A stretch of DNA of 64,000 nt from NCBI GenBank assembly GCA_035285545.1, contig JAYKGY010000129.1, positions 1 to 64,000 on the forward strand, given 5' to 3'. The notes under the pieces are model-generated. The model had not been told where the DNA came from and did no database searches. It saw only the letters and a list, made by a program, of their open reading frames with translations. This DNA comes from Snowella sp. GTDB taxonomy: Bacteria; Cyanobacteriota; Cyanobacteriia; Cyanobacteriales; Microcystaceae. This document shows, one piece after another, positions 30,362 through 40,626 of the stretch. Position numbers and translations under genes: made by a program. Numbering within the stretch: position 1 is the first letter of the stretch; every line of letters begins with the position of its first letter.

Positions 30362-31165
30362 ATGATTAAAACCGAGTTAAAACCTGCGGTTTATTTTATT
30401 GGAGCAGGGCCAGGCGATCCCGATTTATTAACCCTAAAAGCCTACAAAATTTTGTCCCAAGCGGATGTCATTTTATATGCCGATTCCCTCGTCCCCAAAC
30501 AGGTCTTAAAAGATGTCCGTGCCGATGCGGAGTTAATTCCAACAGGAAACAAGGTTCTCGAACAAATTTTACCCTTAATGATCGAAAAGGTCAGGGATAA
30601 TCACATTGTCGTTCGACTTCATTCAGGAGATTTAACCTTATATAGTGCGATTTATGAGCAAATTAAGGCTTTGAGTGCTGCAAATATTGCCTTTGAACTG
30701 GTGCCTGGGATTAGTGCCTTTCAAGCAGCAGCAGCAAAATTAGGGGCTGAATTAACGGTTCCTGATTTAGTCCAAACCATTATTTTGACCCGTATTAGTG
30801 GGGCTGCATCTGCGGTTCCTGAATCAGAAGAGTTAGCCTCTTTAGCGGCCCATCAAGCCAGTCTTTGCCTTTATTTAGCAGCGCGTCATGTAGAAACAGC
30901 CCAAGCCAAGCTATTACAGCATTACCCTCCCGATACGCCCGTTGCCATCTGCTTTCGCGTAGGATGGGAAGACGAAAAAATTGTCATTGTTCCTCTCGAA
31001 AAAATGGCAGTTACCACACAAGAAGAAAACCTCATTCGGACAACCCTGTATTTAATTAGTCCTGCATTAAGGGCGAGTCAATCCGTGCGCTCCCAACTCT
31101 ATCACCCCAATCATTCCCATTTATTTAGACCGAAAAACTCGACCCAACAACCGGAGGCTTTGTAA
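30362..31165 (+). CDS. cobM: Precorrin-4 C11-methyltransferase
   Basis: FIGAGPGDPDLLT, YADSLV, VRLHSGD, ELTVPDLVQTIILTR. Confidence 0.93.
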   Translation: MIKTELKPAVYFIGAGPGDPDLLTLKAYKILSQADVILYADSLVPKQVLKDVRADAELIPTGNKVLEQILPLMIEKVRDNHIVVRLHSGDLTLYSAIYEQIKALSAANIAFELVPGISAFQAAAAKLGAELTVPDLVQTIILTRISGAASAVPESEELASLAAHQASLCLYLAARHVETAQAKLLQHYPPDTPVAICFRVGWEDEKIVIVPLEKMAVTTQEENLIRTTLYLISPALRASQSVRSQLYHPNHSHLFRPKNSTQQPEAL

Positions 31166-31216
31166 CCTTCAGAGAAATCTCACTAACTCGATGAAAAATA
31201 GAACCCTGGATCGCTC

Positions 31217-31249
31217 AAAAACAAAGCCCCCAACTTGCAACTTGAGGGC
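31217..31249 (-). terminator. Intrinsic terminator after clpP
   Basis: Minus strand GCCCTCAA...TTGGGGGC followed by TTTGTTTTT. Confidence 0.65.
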
Positions 31250-31282
31250 AATTGTATTAAAAGTGAGTACGTTAATGAATTA

Positions 31283-31882
31283 TTAAACAGGACGTTCTTC
31301 AATGACTTTATCAATCAGACCATATTCAACCGCATCAGCTGCCGACATATAGTAGTCGCGATCGGTATCTTTGGCGATTTTCTCAATCGTTTGACCCGAA
31401 CGTTCCGCCATAATTTCATTAAGTTGTTGACGAATACGGAGAATTTCTCTGGCTTCGATATCAATATCTGTTGCTTGTCGTCTACCCGTTCCGCCCAAGG
31501 GTTGGTGAATCATGATCCGAGCATGGGGAAGAGCCAAACGTTTACCCGGAGTCCCTGCGGCCAACAGAAAAGCTCCCATAGAAGCCGCTAAGCCGACACA
31601 GATAGTAATCACTTCGGACTTGATGTACTGCATGGTGTCATAAATCGCCATACCAGCCGTGACCGAACCGCCAGGAGAATTGATATAAAGATAAATCGGT
31701 TTGCTGGGATCTTCCGCATCGAGATAAAGTAAAAAGGCCACAATACGGTTAGCAAGTCCATCGGTGACTTCTTGACCGAGGAAAATAATGCGTTCCTGGC
31801 TCAGGCGGGTGTAGATATCAATCCAACGCTCATACTGACTACCAGGAAGACGGTAAGGGACACTAGGAACACCGATAGGCAT
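31283..31882 (-). CDS. clpP: ATP-dependent Clp protease proteolytic subunit (partner of ClpR)
   Basis: [13 protein letters not shown] (catalytic Ser), MIHQP (catalytic His). Confidence 0.95.
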   Translation of the reverse strand: MPIGVPSVPYRLPGSQYERWIDIYTRLSQERIIFLGQEVTDGLANRIVAFLLYLDAEDPSKPIYLYINSPGGSVTAGMAIYDTMQYIKSEVITICVGLAASMGAFLLAAGTPGKRLALPHARIMIHQPLGGTGRRQATDIDIEAREILRIRQQLNEIMAERSGQTIEKIAKDTDRDYYMSAADAVEYGLIDKVIEERPV

Positions 31883-31944
31883 AGCAATTCGTTAAAAATA
31901 AAAGGTTAATAGTCAGAGAAACTAATAATGGGCAATTCACCGGC

Positions 31945-32610
31945 TTAACTTACCGCTGCGAGGGGTTTCGGAAGGTCTTTACGACTTTCTAAAACTTTAT
32001 CGATCAAGCCATACTCTTTTGCTTGTTCAGGGGTGAGATAAAAGGTGCGGTCTAAATCTTTGGCAATTTTCTCGGTGGTCTGCCCCGTATTGCGGGAAAA
32101 AATTTCCAACATGGTGCGCTTATTATCTAAGACTTCTTTGGCCCGAATTTGGATATCCGTTGCTTGACCTCTTGCACCTGTGCGGTTTTGATTGAGGACA
32201 ATTGTGGCATGGGGCAAACTAGCGCGAAATCCTTTGGTGCCTGCCGATAAAATCATGGCGGCGGTTCCCATTGCCTGACCGATACAAATAGTATGCACGG
32301 GAGGCTTGATGTAACTCATGGTGTCACAGATGGCAAAAGCTTCGGTTTCAAATCCGATCGCGTCGCCTGTGTACCAAGAAGTTCCCGTCGAGTTGATGTA
32401 GAAAAAGATGGGTTTATCGGGATCGTCGAACTGTAAGTAGAGGAGTTGAGCGATAATCAATTGCGTCACATCCATCCCCACTTGCTGCTTCACCTCATCG
32501 GAAGAAAACAGAGGCATTCCCAGATAGACAATACGCTCTTTGAGCAAGAGAGATTCTAAATCTGGAGGGGGGGTACGAAAGGAGACATCTCCGTAATAGG
32601 CACTTTGCAC
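31945..32610 (-). CDS. clpR: Non-catalytic Clp subunit ClpR
   Basis: RTPPPDLESLLLKERIVYLG; Ser and His catalytic positions replaced (AMGTA, VLNQ). Confidence 0.9.
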   Translation of the reverse strand: MQSAYYGDVSFRTPPPDLESLLLKERIVYLGMPLFSSDEVKQQVGMDVTQLIIAQLLYLQFDDPDKPIFFYINSTGTSWYTGDAIGFETEAFAICDTMSYIKPPVHTICIGQAMGTAAMILSAGTKGFRASLPHATIVLNQNRTGARGQATDIQIRAKEVLDNKRTMLEIFSRNTGQTTEKIAKDLDRTFYLTPEQAKEYGLIDKVLESRKDLPKPLAAVS

Positions 32611-32845
32611 CGCTTTAATGTCCTTTGATCTGCGTTGGGTCTAAGTTTGTATTGTAACGTAAACAAGGAATGGCAAGCAGGTAAGCCAGGTATTTTGTAT
32701 CATTATTGAGCTTTTTCTCGACAAAGCCAAGACAGCTTCTCTTTTTGAACTGTCAAGCTTGACGTTAAGTTGTGTCTCCCAAAAATATTTGTGGATGAGA
32801 GAAATTTTTTGATAATCTTAGGTCATTTCCCCCTAATCCCCCTCC

Positions 32846-33883
32846 ATGAAACTCATCTCCGTCATTGTTCCTGTCTATAACGTTGAAGCCTATATCCAAG
32901 AAACGATCCGCTCGGTTTTAGCCCAGACCTATCCCCATTTTGAATTGATTATTGTGGATGATGGTTCACCCGATCGCAGTATCGAACTTTGCCAACAGTT
33001 TACCGATGAGCGCATTAGAATTATTCACCAAAAAAATCGAGGATTAGCTGGAGCCAGGAATACGGGAATTCGTCACGCGAAAGGGGAATACTTAGCATTT
33101 TTGGACTCTGATGATCTCTGGCTTCCTGAAAAATTAGAGAAACATTTTCAGCATTTAGAAAACTCTCCAGAAGTCGGACTCAGCTTTAGTCGGTCGGCGT
33201 TTATCGATGCCAATGGTAACTCCTTGGGAATTTATCAGATGCCGAAGTTAACCAATATCCCCCCCTCCCACCTGCTTTGTCGTAATCCCATCGGTAACGG
33301 TTCAGCCCCTGTCATTCGTCGTGAAACCTTAGAAGCCATTCGGTTTCAGGAAAATCGTTATGGAACGGTGGAAGATTTTTATTTTGACGATTCCTTCCGT
33401 CGCTCTGAAGATATCGAATGTTGGATTCGCATCGCTGTTCAAACCCCTTGGAAAATTGAAGGCATTCCCGAAGCCTTGACCCTTTACCGAGTGAATGAAG
33501 AGGGCTTGTCTGCTAACGTGATGCAGCAATACGAATCCTGGGAAGCAATTATTCAAAAGACCCGCAGCTACGCCCCCGAATTAGTGGCTAAATGGGAAAA
33601 TCCCGCTAGAGCCTATCAATTGCGTTATCTTGCAAGACGAGCAGTGCGATTTAAATCGGGCAAAACGGCGGTTGAATTGGTCAATCGAGCCTTAGCAACC
33701 CACTGGCAAATTATTCTCGCAGAACCGAGTCGTACCTTATTAACCCTCGGTGCCGCTTATTTTCTCTATTTGATGCCCTTACCGCTTTATAATCAAATTG
33801 AAGCCTTGGCGTTAAAAATAACAGGATATCTACAAAAACTTAAGGTTTCTCGGCAAATTAAATCCGCTAAAAATGGGAATTAA
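32846..33883 (+). CDS. Family 2 glycosyltransferase
   Basis: SVIVPVYN, VDDGS, ARNTG, FLDSDD. Confidence 0.93.
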   Translation: MKLISVIVPVYNVEAYIQETIRSVLAQTYPHFELIIVDDGSPDRSIELCQQFTDERIRIIHQKNRGLAGARNTGIRHAKGEYLAFLDSDDLWLPEKLEKHFQHLENSPEVGLSFSRSAFIDANGNSLGIYQMPKLTNIPPSHLLCRNPIGNGSAPVIRRETLEAIRFQENRYGTVEDFYFDDSFRRSEDIECWIRIAVQTPWKIEGIPEALTLYRVNEEGLSANVMQQYESWEAIIQKTRSYAPELVAKWENPARAYQLRYLARRAVRFKSGKTAVELVNRALATHWQIILAEPSRTLLTLGAAYFLYLMPLPLYNQIEALALKITGYLQKLKVSRQIKSAKNGN

Positions 33884-33904
33884 TCCCCTTATTCACTCAC
33901 AATA

Positions 33905-34348
33905 ATGAAAGTTTTATTAGTCGCTTCGACTGGAGGACATTTTAAGGCGTTACAACAACTCCGTCCTTTTTGGGAACATCAGGAACGCTGTTGGGTAACC
34001 TTTAAAACGGCAGGAACTGAACAGTTTTTAGCGCAAGAAAAGGTTTACTGGGCTTTTAGTCCGACAAATCGCAATCTTCCCAACTTAATCCGTAATTTAT
34101 TACTTGCCTTTACGGTTATTGTACAAGAGCGTCCCCAGTTAGTGCTTTCTACCGGCGCGGGGGTGGCGGTTCCCTTTATGATTTGGGGTAAAATTCTGGG
34201 CAGTAAAACAGCTTTTGTGGAATCCTACACCCGTGTCAATGAGTTAAGCCTATCGGCACGATTAATTTTGCCGTTTCTAGATAAAATTTATGTGCAATGG
34301 GAGCCGTTAAAACGCAAATATCCCCAGTCTGAATTAATTCATTTGTAA
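33905..34348 (+). CDS. Alg14/PssD(Cps14F)-like glycosyltransferase subunit
   Basis: VASTGGH, STGAGVAVP, FVES, VQW. Confidence 0.88.
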   Translation: MKVLLVASTGGHFKALQQLRPFWEHQERCWVTFKTAGTEQFLAQEKVYWAFSPTNRNLPNLIRNLLLAFTVIVQERPQLVLSTGAGVAVPFMIWGKILGSKTAFVESYTRVNELSLSARLILPFLDKIYVQWEPLKRKYPQSELIHL

Positions 34349-34430
34349 GCGTCTGTCAGAATTTAACCCGAAGGGGGGCGAGGCATTTGATATCATAGGC
34401 ATGATTTAACGAAACGACTTTGCTGTACCT

Positions 34431-34787
34431 ATGTATTATTTGCCTGAACCGCCGTATTTTTTGGTTTTTGTGGGACTATTTGTGGGAATTACCTGTGGTT
34501 TAGCGTTTGAAGCGACGCTTAAGCAAAAGGTCAGGGTCTGGTTAAATACCCCTGCTAGTACGTTAAAGGATTTAGATTTACAGCTTCCTTTTTTAGGCAT
34601 TTGTATAGGGATCTGTGTATTTTTGTCTTCAGGTGTGGAGATCTTTTTAGGGAGCCGTTTCATTTCCTACGCGATCGCGCTTCCTGTCACGATTTTTATT
34701 GCGGCTTTGGTCTGGAGACAATTAGATAGTTTACTGAAGCAGTTAAAAGCCGGAGGCTCTAAAGCGATCGATTTGGACGTTTTTTAA
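34431..34787 (+). CDS. Conserved cyanobacterial membrane protein
   Basis: PEPPYFL..TCGLAFEATLK; three TM segments. Confidence 0.8.
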   Translation: MYYLPEPPYFLVFVGLFVGITCGLAFEATLKQKVRVWLNTPASTLKDLDLQLPFLGICIGICVFLSSGVEIFLGSRFISYAIALPVTIFIAALVWRQLDSLLKQLKAGGSKAIDLDVF

Positions 34788-34880
34788 ACACCGATTACCA
34801 AAATCGCCAGTACATCATTCATTCAAAACAGGCGATCGCAGATAAATGGGTCGGCGATCGCTCATTTCTAGGCGTTAAGA

Positions 34881-35525
34881 TTAAGCCTTCAGTAATTCAA
34901 TTTCACTGAATAAAAATTCGGTTTTTGTGGTTGTCCCCCCCGCATCAATTGCGTCAATCACTTGACTTGTGGGTAAATAATAGCCGCCAAAATCTTCATA
35001 GGTTTCCTGAAAATCCCGTTTGCCTTTGAGTTCTCCTGTTTTCGGATTGCGAAAAATCGCATGATAACGGACAGAAATATAGCCATTTCCCGTATTTAAA
35101 CTTTCTTCTGTATTGATCGTGAAGGCGATCGGCCCCATCACACGGCTGACTTGGCAAATCTCATCCCCCCGTACCTTGTAATTCGACCCCATCGCATCGC
35201 CTTGAACTAAAATTTCGACGGCTCCTGTCGGATCTTTTTGCCCAAAACTAAACTGATTTTTTCCGTGAGCTTGCTCAAAACTATTACGCTTACGGTGGGT
35301 CACAATATCTCGAAGTTGATTATAAACGCTTTCTTTTACCGTATCATCGGCAAAATCACTCACTTCCACACTGAGATCCGCCTTAACTTGGATCTTCCCC
35401 TGAAAAACTTCATCTCCCTGCTTAAGGGTTAAATGGGCCTGATAGCCTGGAAACGAACTATCCCAGGTGTAGCGATTTTCGTAGGCAGTGCGAAAGCGAT
35501 CTTGGGCGGTTACGGTAGTTGTCAT
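34881..35525 (-). CDS. DUF3386 family protein
   Basis: FRTAYENRYTWD..FPGY, DIVTHRKR. Confidence 0.85.
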   Translation of the reverse strand: MTTTVTAQDRFRTAYENRYTWDSSFPGYQAHLTLKQGDEVFQGKIQVKADLSVEVSDFADDTVKESVYNQLRDIVTHRKRNSFEQAHGKNQFSFGQKDPTGAVEILVQGDAMGSNYKVRGDEICQVSRVMGPIAFTINTEESLNTGNGYISVRYHAIFRNPKTGELKGKRDFQETYEDFGGYYLPTSQVIDAIDAGGTTTKTEFLFSEIELLKA

Positions 35526-35583
35526 AATTCTAACGATCAAATTTTAGACGTGATTCTTTGATTGTTACCTAAAATCTTTGCCC

Positions 35584-37302
35584 TTAGGTAGAAAGTTTGG
35601 TTTCAATCCCATCGGTTTTCAGTACCGGCAGATGATCCAATAATGCGCTAAAGGTTACGGTGGAGCCTAAACCTTCTCCCATGCTAAAAAAAGCAATTGT
35701 GCCGCCCATTGCTTCGACTAACTTTTGGGAAATACTTAATCCTAAACCCGTTCCGCCATAGGCTTTAGTACGAGAACCATCAATTTGCACAAATTTTTCA
35801 AATAATCTGGCTTGTTGGTCTAAGGCGACCCCAATACCCGTATCAGTAACGCTAATTTTGACTTTCCCTGGGAAAATTTGGTCTTTCCAGTCAATTTTTT
35901 GTTTAATCACTTCCGCTTTAACACTCACTTGCCCTTGGTGGGTAAATTTAATGGCATTTCCCACTAAATTAAGTACGATTTGCAAAAGCCAGCGATAGTT
36001 TCCATAAATCGTAATTGGTGTCAGGGTTTTGGGTAAATTAATCTCAAAATCTAAATTTTTAGCCTGCGCTTGGGGGGTCGCAAAGTTACTAACCGCTTGA
36101 CAGACTTCCGCAAGATCGACGGTACTCAGTTCCAAATCAATTTTTCCCGATTCAATTTTGGCGAGGTCTAAAATATCGTTAATTAAATTCAAGAGATGTA
36201 GGGCAGACTGATAGGCTTCTTCTAAAAATTCCTGGGCTTCTTCTTCGCTGTCGGTCATTCCATCCAAAACCAGCTTGAGAAAGCCGATAATGCCATTTAA
36301 CGGGGTGCGGAGTTCATGGGTTGTATTGGCTAAAAATTCACTCTTGAGTTGAGAGGCTTCCTGGGCGGTTCGGGTGGCTTGTTCTAATTCATGATAGAGC
36401 GTGGCATGGGCGATCGCTGTCCCGACTTGTTCCGCTAATTCCTGAAGGGATTCTATCACCTGGGGACTCCAATACCGAGGGCGATCGCACTGTTGAATAC
36501 AGATCAATCCATTACACTGCTGCTGGTAAAAAGTTGGCATCATGAGCATTGAGTAAGTTTGCCATCGATCTGGCTCTTCATAATCCATGAGCAACGGTTG
36601 GCAGCGTTCTAAAACACTCAAATCGTAATTTTCTAAAAGATCGGTAATTTGTTGACTCCGTAAAGAAATGACCTGGGGTTGACAAAATTCTGCCTGAACT
36701 TGAAAAGTCATTAAACTGGGGTCTTTTGTTAACATCAAACAGCGGCTCACTTGCAACGCTTCACCGATCCCATTGACTGTTTCGTGCCAAATCGTCGGCA
36801 AATGCAAAGTACGACGAATTTTACGAGAAATTTGGGCTAAATGGGACTGCTCCAACTCCACCGATGGCAAAGGTAAGGCAGGGGCAAACGGTAACCCGTC
36901 CGGATCGCAACGATAACCCATCACCAACAGCCGAGTCACAGCTTCTTGTCCCGACAAAATCGGGCTAAGGACTAAGGCTAGTGGAAAGCTTTGATTTTGA
37001 TAAGTAAATAAACCCCGATAAGTCTCTGGGGTTCGGTTCTGAATCACCCGTTGACAGCTTTCGGTATAAGCATCTACATCAATCGGGCCAAATCCCGCTT
37101 CAGGACTACGACCAAGCAGGGCTTGCTCCGTGATGCCATATTCCTCGGCAAATTTCCAATAAAAAGCTAAATACTGACCATTAATATCTTGGATAAACAA
37201 TAACTCAGCACCCAATTCAGCCCTATCTATTGCCCCTAAGCCTGTTTGGCAATCAGAAATATTTTCACTGTTGTCATTAAATCGAGACAAGAGTGTACCC
37301 AT
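35584..37302 (-). CDS. PAS-GAF sensor histidine kinase
   Basis: PAS-like N-terminus, GAF (QQCDRPRYW), THELRTPLN H-box, N/G1/F/G2 boxes. Confidence 0.92.
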   Translation of the reverse strand: MGTLLSRFNDNSENISDCQTGLGAIDRAELGAELLFIQDINGQYLAFYWKFAEEYGITEQALLGRSPEAGFGPIDVDAYTESCQRVIQNRTPETYRGLFTYQNQSFPLALVLSPILSGQEAVTRLLVMGYRCDPDGLPFAPALPLPSVELEQSHLAQISRKIRRTLHLPTIWHETVNGIGEALQVSRCLMLTKDPSLMTFQVQAEFCQPQVISLRSQQITDLLENYDLSVLERCQPLLMDYEEPDRWQTYSMLMMPTFYQQQCNGLICIQQCDRPRYWSPQVIESLQELAEQVGTAIAHATLYHELEQATRTAQEASQLKSEFLANTTHELRTPLNGIIGFLKLVLDGMTDSEEEAQEFLEEAYQSALHLLNLINDILDLAKIESGKIDLELSTVDLAEVCQAVSNFATPQAQAKNLDFEINLPKTLTPITIYGNYRWLLQIVLNLVGNAIKFTHQGQVSVKAEVIKQKIDWKDQIFPGKVKISVTDTGIGVALDQQARLFEKFVQIDGSRTKAYGGTGLGLSISQKLVEAMGGTIAFFSMGEGLGSTVTFSALLDHLPVLKTDGIETKLST

Positions 37303-37520
37303 AACAGATATCCATATTTAACGGGCATTAAAAGTAAATGAGTCAATTTTAGAGTTAATTACTGCTCATTGTATTTTTTTTGATTAAAAACAGCAATTGT
37401 AAATGGTTATAAAGAATACTGTTGATAACACTAGTATGTATTGATAAATTTAAATCTCAGGTTTCTTGACTGAATAAAACGTACTAGATCCCGCAAAATT
37501 AGGTTATCAATCCTACTCGA

Positions 37521-37751
37521 TTAGTCATTCCACTCGCCCTTGGGAGGAATGGGGGGATTGCGTCTCAGACTACGGGTTAAATCATCGTCTCGGTTTGGTT
37601 CACCCCGTAACCATTGCTTAATCGCCGTTTCAATAATGCGACTTGGATCGTTGGTTAAGTGTTTAATCTGCTCTAAAATCTCTGCATCCAAATGGATCGA
37701 GATTTCAACTTTTTCCGATATTCTTTGAGTTGATGTGATATTTTCGTTCAT
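37521..37751 (-). CDS. Small conserved cyanobacterial protein (RHH-like)
   Basis: KVEISIHLD..HLTNDPS..IETAIKQWL..PPKGEWND. Confidence 0.75.
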   Translation of the reverse strand: MNENITSTQRISEKVEISIHLDAEILEQIKHLTNDPSRIIETAIKQWLRGEPNRDDDLTRSLRRNPPIPPKGEWND

Positions 37752-38100
37752 GTCTGTTGCCTCTTTCTTCAGTATTGATTGTACCCTGTCCCTTCCAAAA
37801 TTCTAGCAGGGTACGGGCTATTCCTCTAGGTGTCTGATCCATTAATCCATCAAGATTTCATTAACATCTTAGACTAGGAATTAATCTTTAAAAGTACGGC
37901 CATTAAGATAAATTCTGACAAAGTGGAATGTATTTTTGTAGCAAAAGTGGATGAGATTGAGAACACAAGCTTACGAAGTAATCGTTAGCTCAGATTAAAA
38001 TCGGATTGAAGATAGATTTTTTTTAATGGATCTGTAATCAAGGTTAATTCAAAATAATAAATTAACAAATTTGTTCGGAATAAACCTTAGGTTAGAACTC

Positions 38101-39567
38101 GTGGATTTAAAACAGCAAAAGATCCAGCAATTATTACATCGGTTTTGGGGCTATGAAACGTTTCGCTTTCCCCAAGCGGAAGTAATTGATTGTCTGTTAG
38201 GTGGACAAGATGGAATTGTGGTGATGCCAACGGGGGGCGGAAAATCGATTTGTTTTCAACTGCCCGCCCTATTCCAGCAAGGTCTTACGTTGGTGGTCTC
38301 GCCTCTAATTGCCCTGATGGAAAATCAAGTTCAGGAATTGAAAGAGCGTGCCTTACCTGCGGCTTGTTTGCATGGTGAATTAGCCCGCTCGGAGCGAAAA
38401 ACCATTTTAAGCAACCTTCAGCAAAATCGACTGCGCTTACTTTATGTCTCACCTGAAACCCTCTTGAGTCCAGTATTGTGGGAAATATTATGTCATCCTC
38501 AAATCAAAATCACCGGACTAATGATCGATGAAGCCCATTGTTTGGTGGAATGGGGGGATAGTTTTCGTCCTGCTTATCAGCGTTTAGGGAGCCTACGTCC
38601 TGCTTTGCTGGCCCATAAGCCCGATCAGTTGTTTAGCATCGCGGCTTTTACGGCTACAGCCGATCCCACGACCCAGACGCAACTGCAAGCCCTTCTCCAG
38701 TTAAACAATCCTCAAGTATTTACCCTTAGTCCCTATCGTTCCAATTTGTGGTTAATGGTAAAAATCGCCTGGACGGTTCGTTGCCGCCAGCATTTACTGT
38801 TGCAATTTATCCAACACCATCCCAGACAATCGGGGTTGATTTATACGCGATCGCGTCGAGAGTGTGAAGAATTAGCGCAATGGTTAACCACGAAAAACTA
38901 TCGAACAGCTGCTTATCATGGCGGATTGGGGGCTAATCAAAGACGGGAGATTGAACAGGGTTGGCTCACGGGTCAACTGCCTTTTGTGGTCTGTACCAAC
39001 GCCTTTGGTTTGGGGATTAATAAACCGGATATTCGCTGGATCGCCCATTTTCATCCGCCCCATTTACTCTCGGAATATTTACAGGAAATTGGCCGCGCAG
39101 GACGGGATGGATTACCGGCTAACTGTTTAACCTTAGTCAGTGAACCGACTGGCTGGCTGGATCCAACGGATCAACAACGTCGTCATTTTTTTAATCAACA
39201 GCGCAAAATCCAGTATCAAAACGCTCTGGCGATCGCCCAACAAATTCCTGATCAAGGGGAGCTTTTGAGTCTCAAAAAATCCTTTCCCGATGTCGAAATG
39301 TCCCTTGCCCTATTATGTCAACTTGGCCAATTGCAATGGTTAGACCCCTTTCGTTACCAACTATTGCCAAAGTCTTCTTCCCGCCCAACAGATCTCAAAA
39401 CCCTATTAGTCCGACTATCCGGGACAACGTTACGCCACTATCTGTACACCCAAAGTTGTCGATGGGCATTTTTATTAACCGCTTTTGGATTGCAAAATAC
39501 AGCGTCGTTTCGTTGTGGCCATTGCGATCGCTGCTGTCAGAAAAACCCCTCAGACAGAAAACCTTGA
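38101..39567 (+). CDS. recQ: Short RecQ-family DNA helicase (no HRDC)
   Basis: MPTGGGKS, DEAH, TATA, QEIGRAGRDG, C-terminal CR..CGHCDRC. Confidence 0.9.
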   Translation: MDLKQQKIQQLLHRFWGYETFRFPQAEVIDCLLGGQDGIVVMPTGGGKSICFQLPALFQQGLTLVVSPLIALMENQVQELKERALPAACLHGELARSERKTILSNLQQNRLRLLYVSPETLLSPVLWEILCHPQIKITGLMIDEAHCLVEWGDSFRPAYQRLGSLRPALLAHKPDQLFSIAAFTATADPTTQTQLQALLQLNNPQVFTLSPYRSNLWLMVKIAWTVRCRQHLLLQFIQHHPRQSGLIYTRSRRECEELAQWLTTKNYRTAAYHGGLGANQRREIEQGWLTGQLPFVVCTNAFGLGINKPDIRWIAHFHPPHLLSEYLQEIGRAGRDGLPANCLTLVSEPTGWLDPTDQQRRHFFNQQRKIQYQNALAIAQQIPDQGELLSLKKSFPDVEMSLALLCQLGQLQWLDPFRYQLLPKSSSRPTDLKTLLVRLSGTTLRHYLYTQSCRWAFLLTAFGLQNTASFRCGHCDRCCQKNPSDRKP

Positions 39568-39582
39568 ATTCGCTTAGACCGC

Positions 39583-40341
39583 CTACCGTAGCCATCCTTT
39601 GCGCTTCGATTTTTTCTCGGCTACTGCTATGGGATCAACAAAGGTTACAGCTTGATCCAGAGGTAATTGTCGAATTTTTTTCGTAAAAGTTTGCACTTGA
39701 TAGACTAACCGATTAGTCACATCCAAGGCCGTTAACCAACCACTTTTGGGGTGATAAGCTCCCGTATCAATATCTAACCAACCGGAACCACAGGCCAGTT
39801 TTCCTGGCTCGATTCCTGGAAAGGTAAAGGTAATGGTATGGCCCGTAATAATCGTTTTATCAAGAAAATAAGGCTGGGGACTTTGGTGAAATTCATCCCG
39901 AATCCAGCAAAATTGTTCTTCACTCTGCTTTTCTAAGGGTAAACGGGGATCAACGCCGGCATGAACGAGCCAAATTTCGCCTAAATCAAGATAAAGTGGC
40001 AAACGTAACATCCAATCAATATGTTCTTGGGGGATAAAATGTTGATAACTTTCTAGGGTCGATGATCCGCCGGTATACAACCAAGCTTGCAGTAGTTGAT
40101 GAGATACCCCCCCTCGACCAACGGCATCCAATAACATCTGTTCATGGTTTCCCATTAGGCAATGGTATCTGTTTTCGATGACGAAATTAACGACCTGGGC
40201 ACTATTGGGGCCACGATCAATCAGATCCCCCATAAAGTAAACCCCATCTCCTTCTACAGGGGCGATCGCTTCAAACAATCTGAGTAAGCTGTCATAGTGG
40301 CCGTGAACATCTCCAACTACAATTTGACGAAAAGTACCCAT
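39583..40341 (-). CDS. PPP-family Ser/Thr phosphatase / metallophosphoesterase
   Basis: GDVHG, GDLIDRG, GNHE, HAG, GHT, DTG. Confidence 0.92.
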   Translation of the reverse strand: MGTFRQIVVGDVHGHYDSLLRLFEAIAPVEGDGVYFMGDLIDRGPNSAQVVNFVIENRYHCLMGNHEQMLLDAVGRGGVSHQLLQAWLYTGGSSTLESYQHFIPQEHIDWMLRLPLYLDLGEIWLVHAGVDPRLPLEKQSEEQFCWIRDEFHQSPQPYFLDKTIITGHTITFTFPGIEPGKLACGSGWLDIDTGAYHPKSGWLTALDVTNRLVYQVQTFTKKIRQLPLDQAVTFVDPIAVAEKKSKRKGWLR

Positions 40342-40626
40342 ATTTAACAAAAAGCTTTTAAAAGAAGCTCAGAAATTCTCTTTTACTAAAAAAACAAGGC
40401 GTTAATGGCGATTATTCTAATTAATCGTTATTATTCAAAACAATTTAATAGGACAGTTTCACAATCATGTTTCAATCTTTTCTTTTGAGGATGGGCTGCG
40501 TAACCCGTGGAGGATAGGGTTTCTATCATAGCCCATTAAAAAGCACTATCTACGGTGAGTTTTTTAATACGAATAGATGGATTGAGTAGCAAGGGTCTCT
40601 GGTATCCTAATTTGACCACAATAAGT

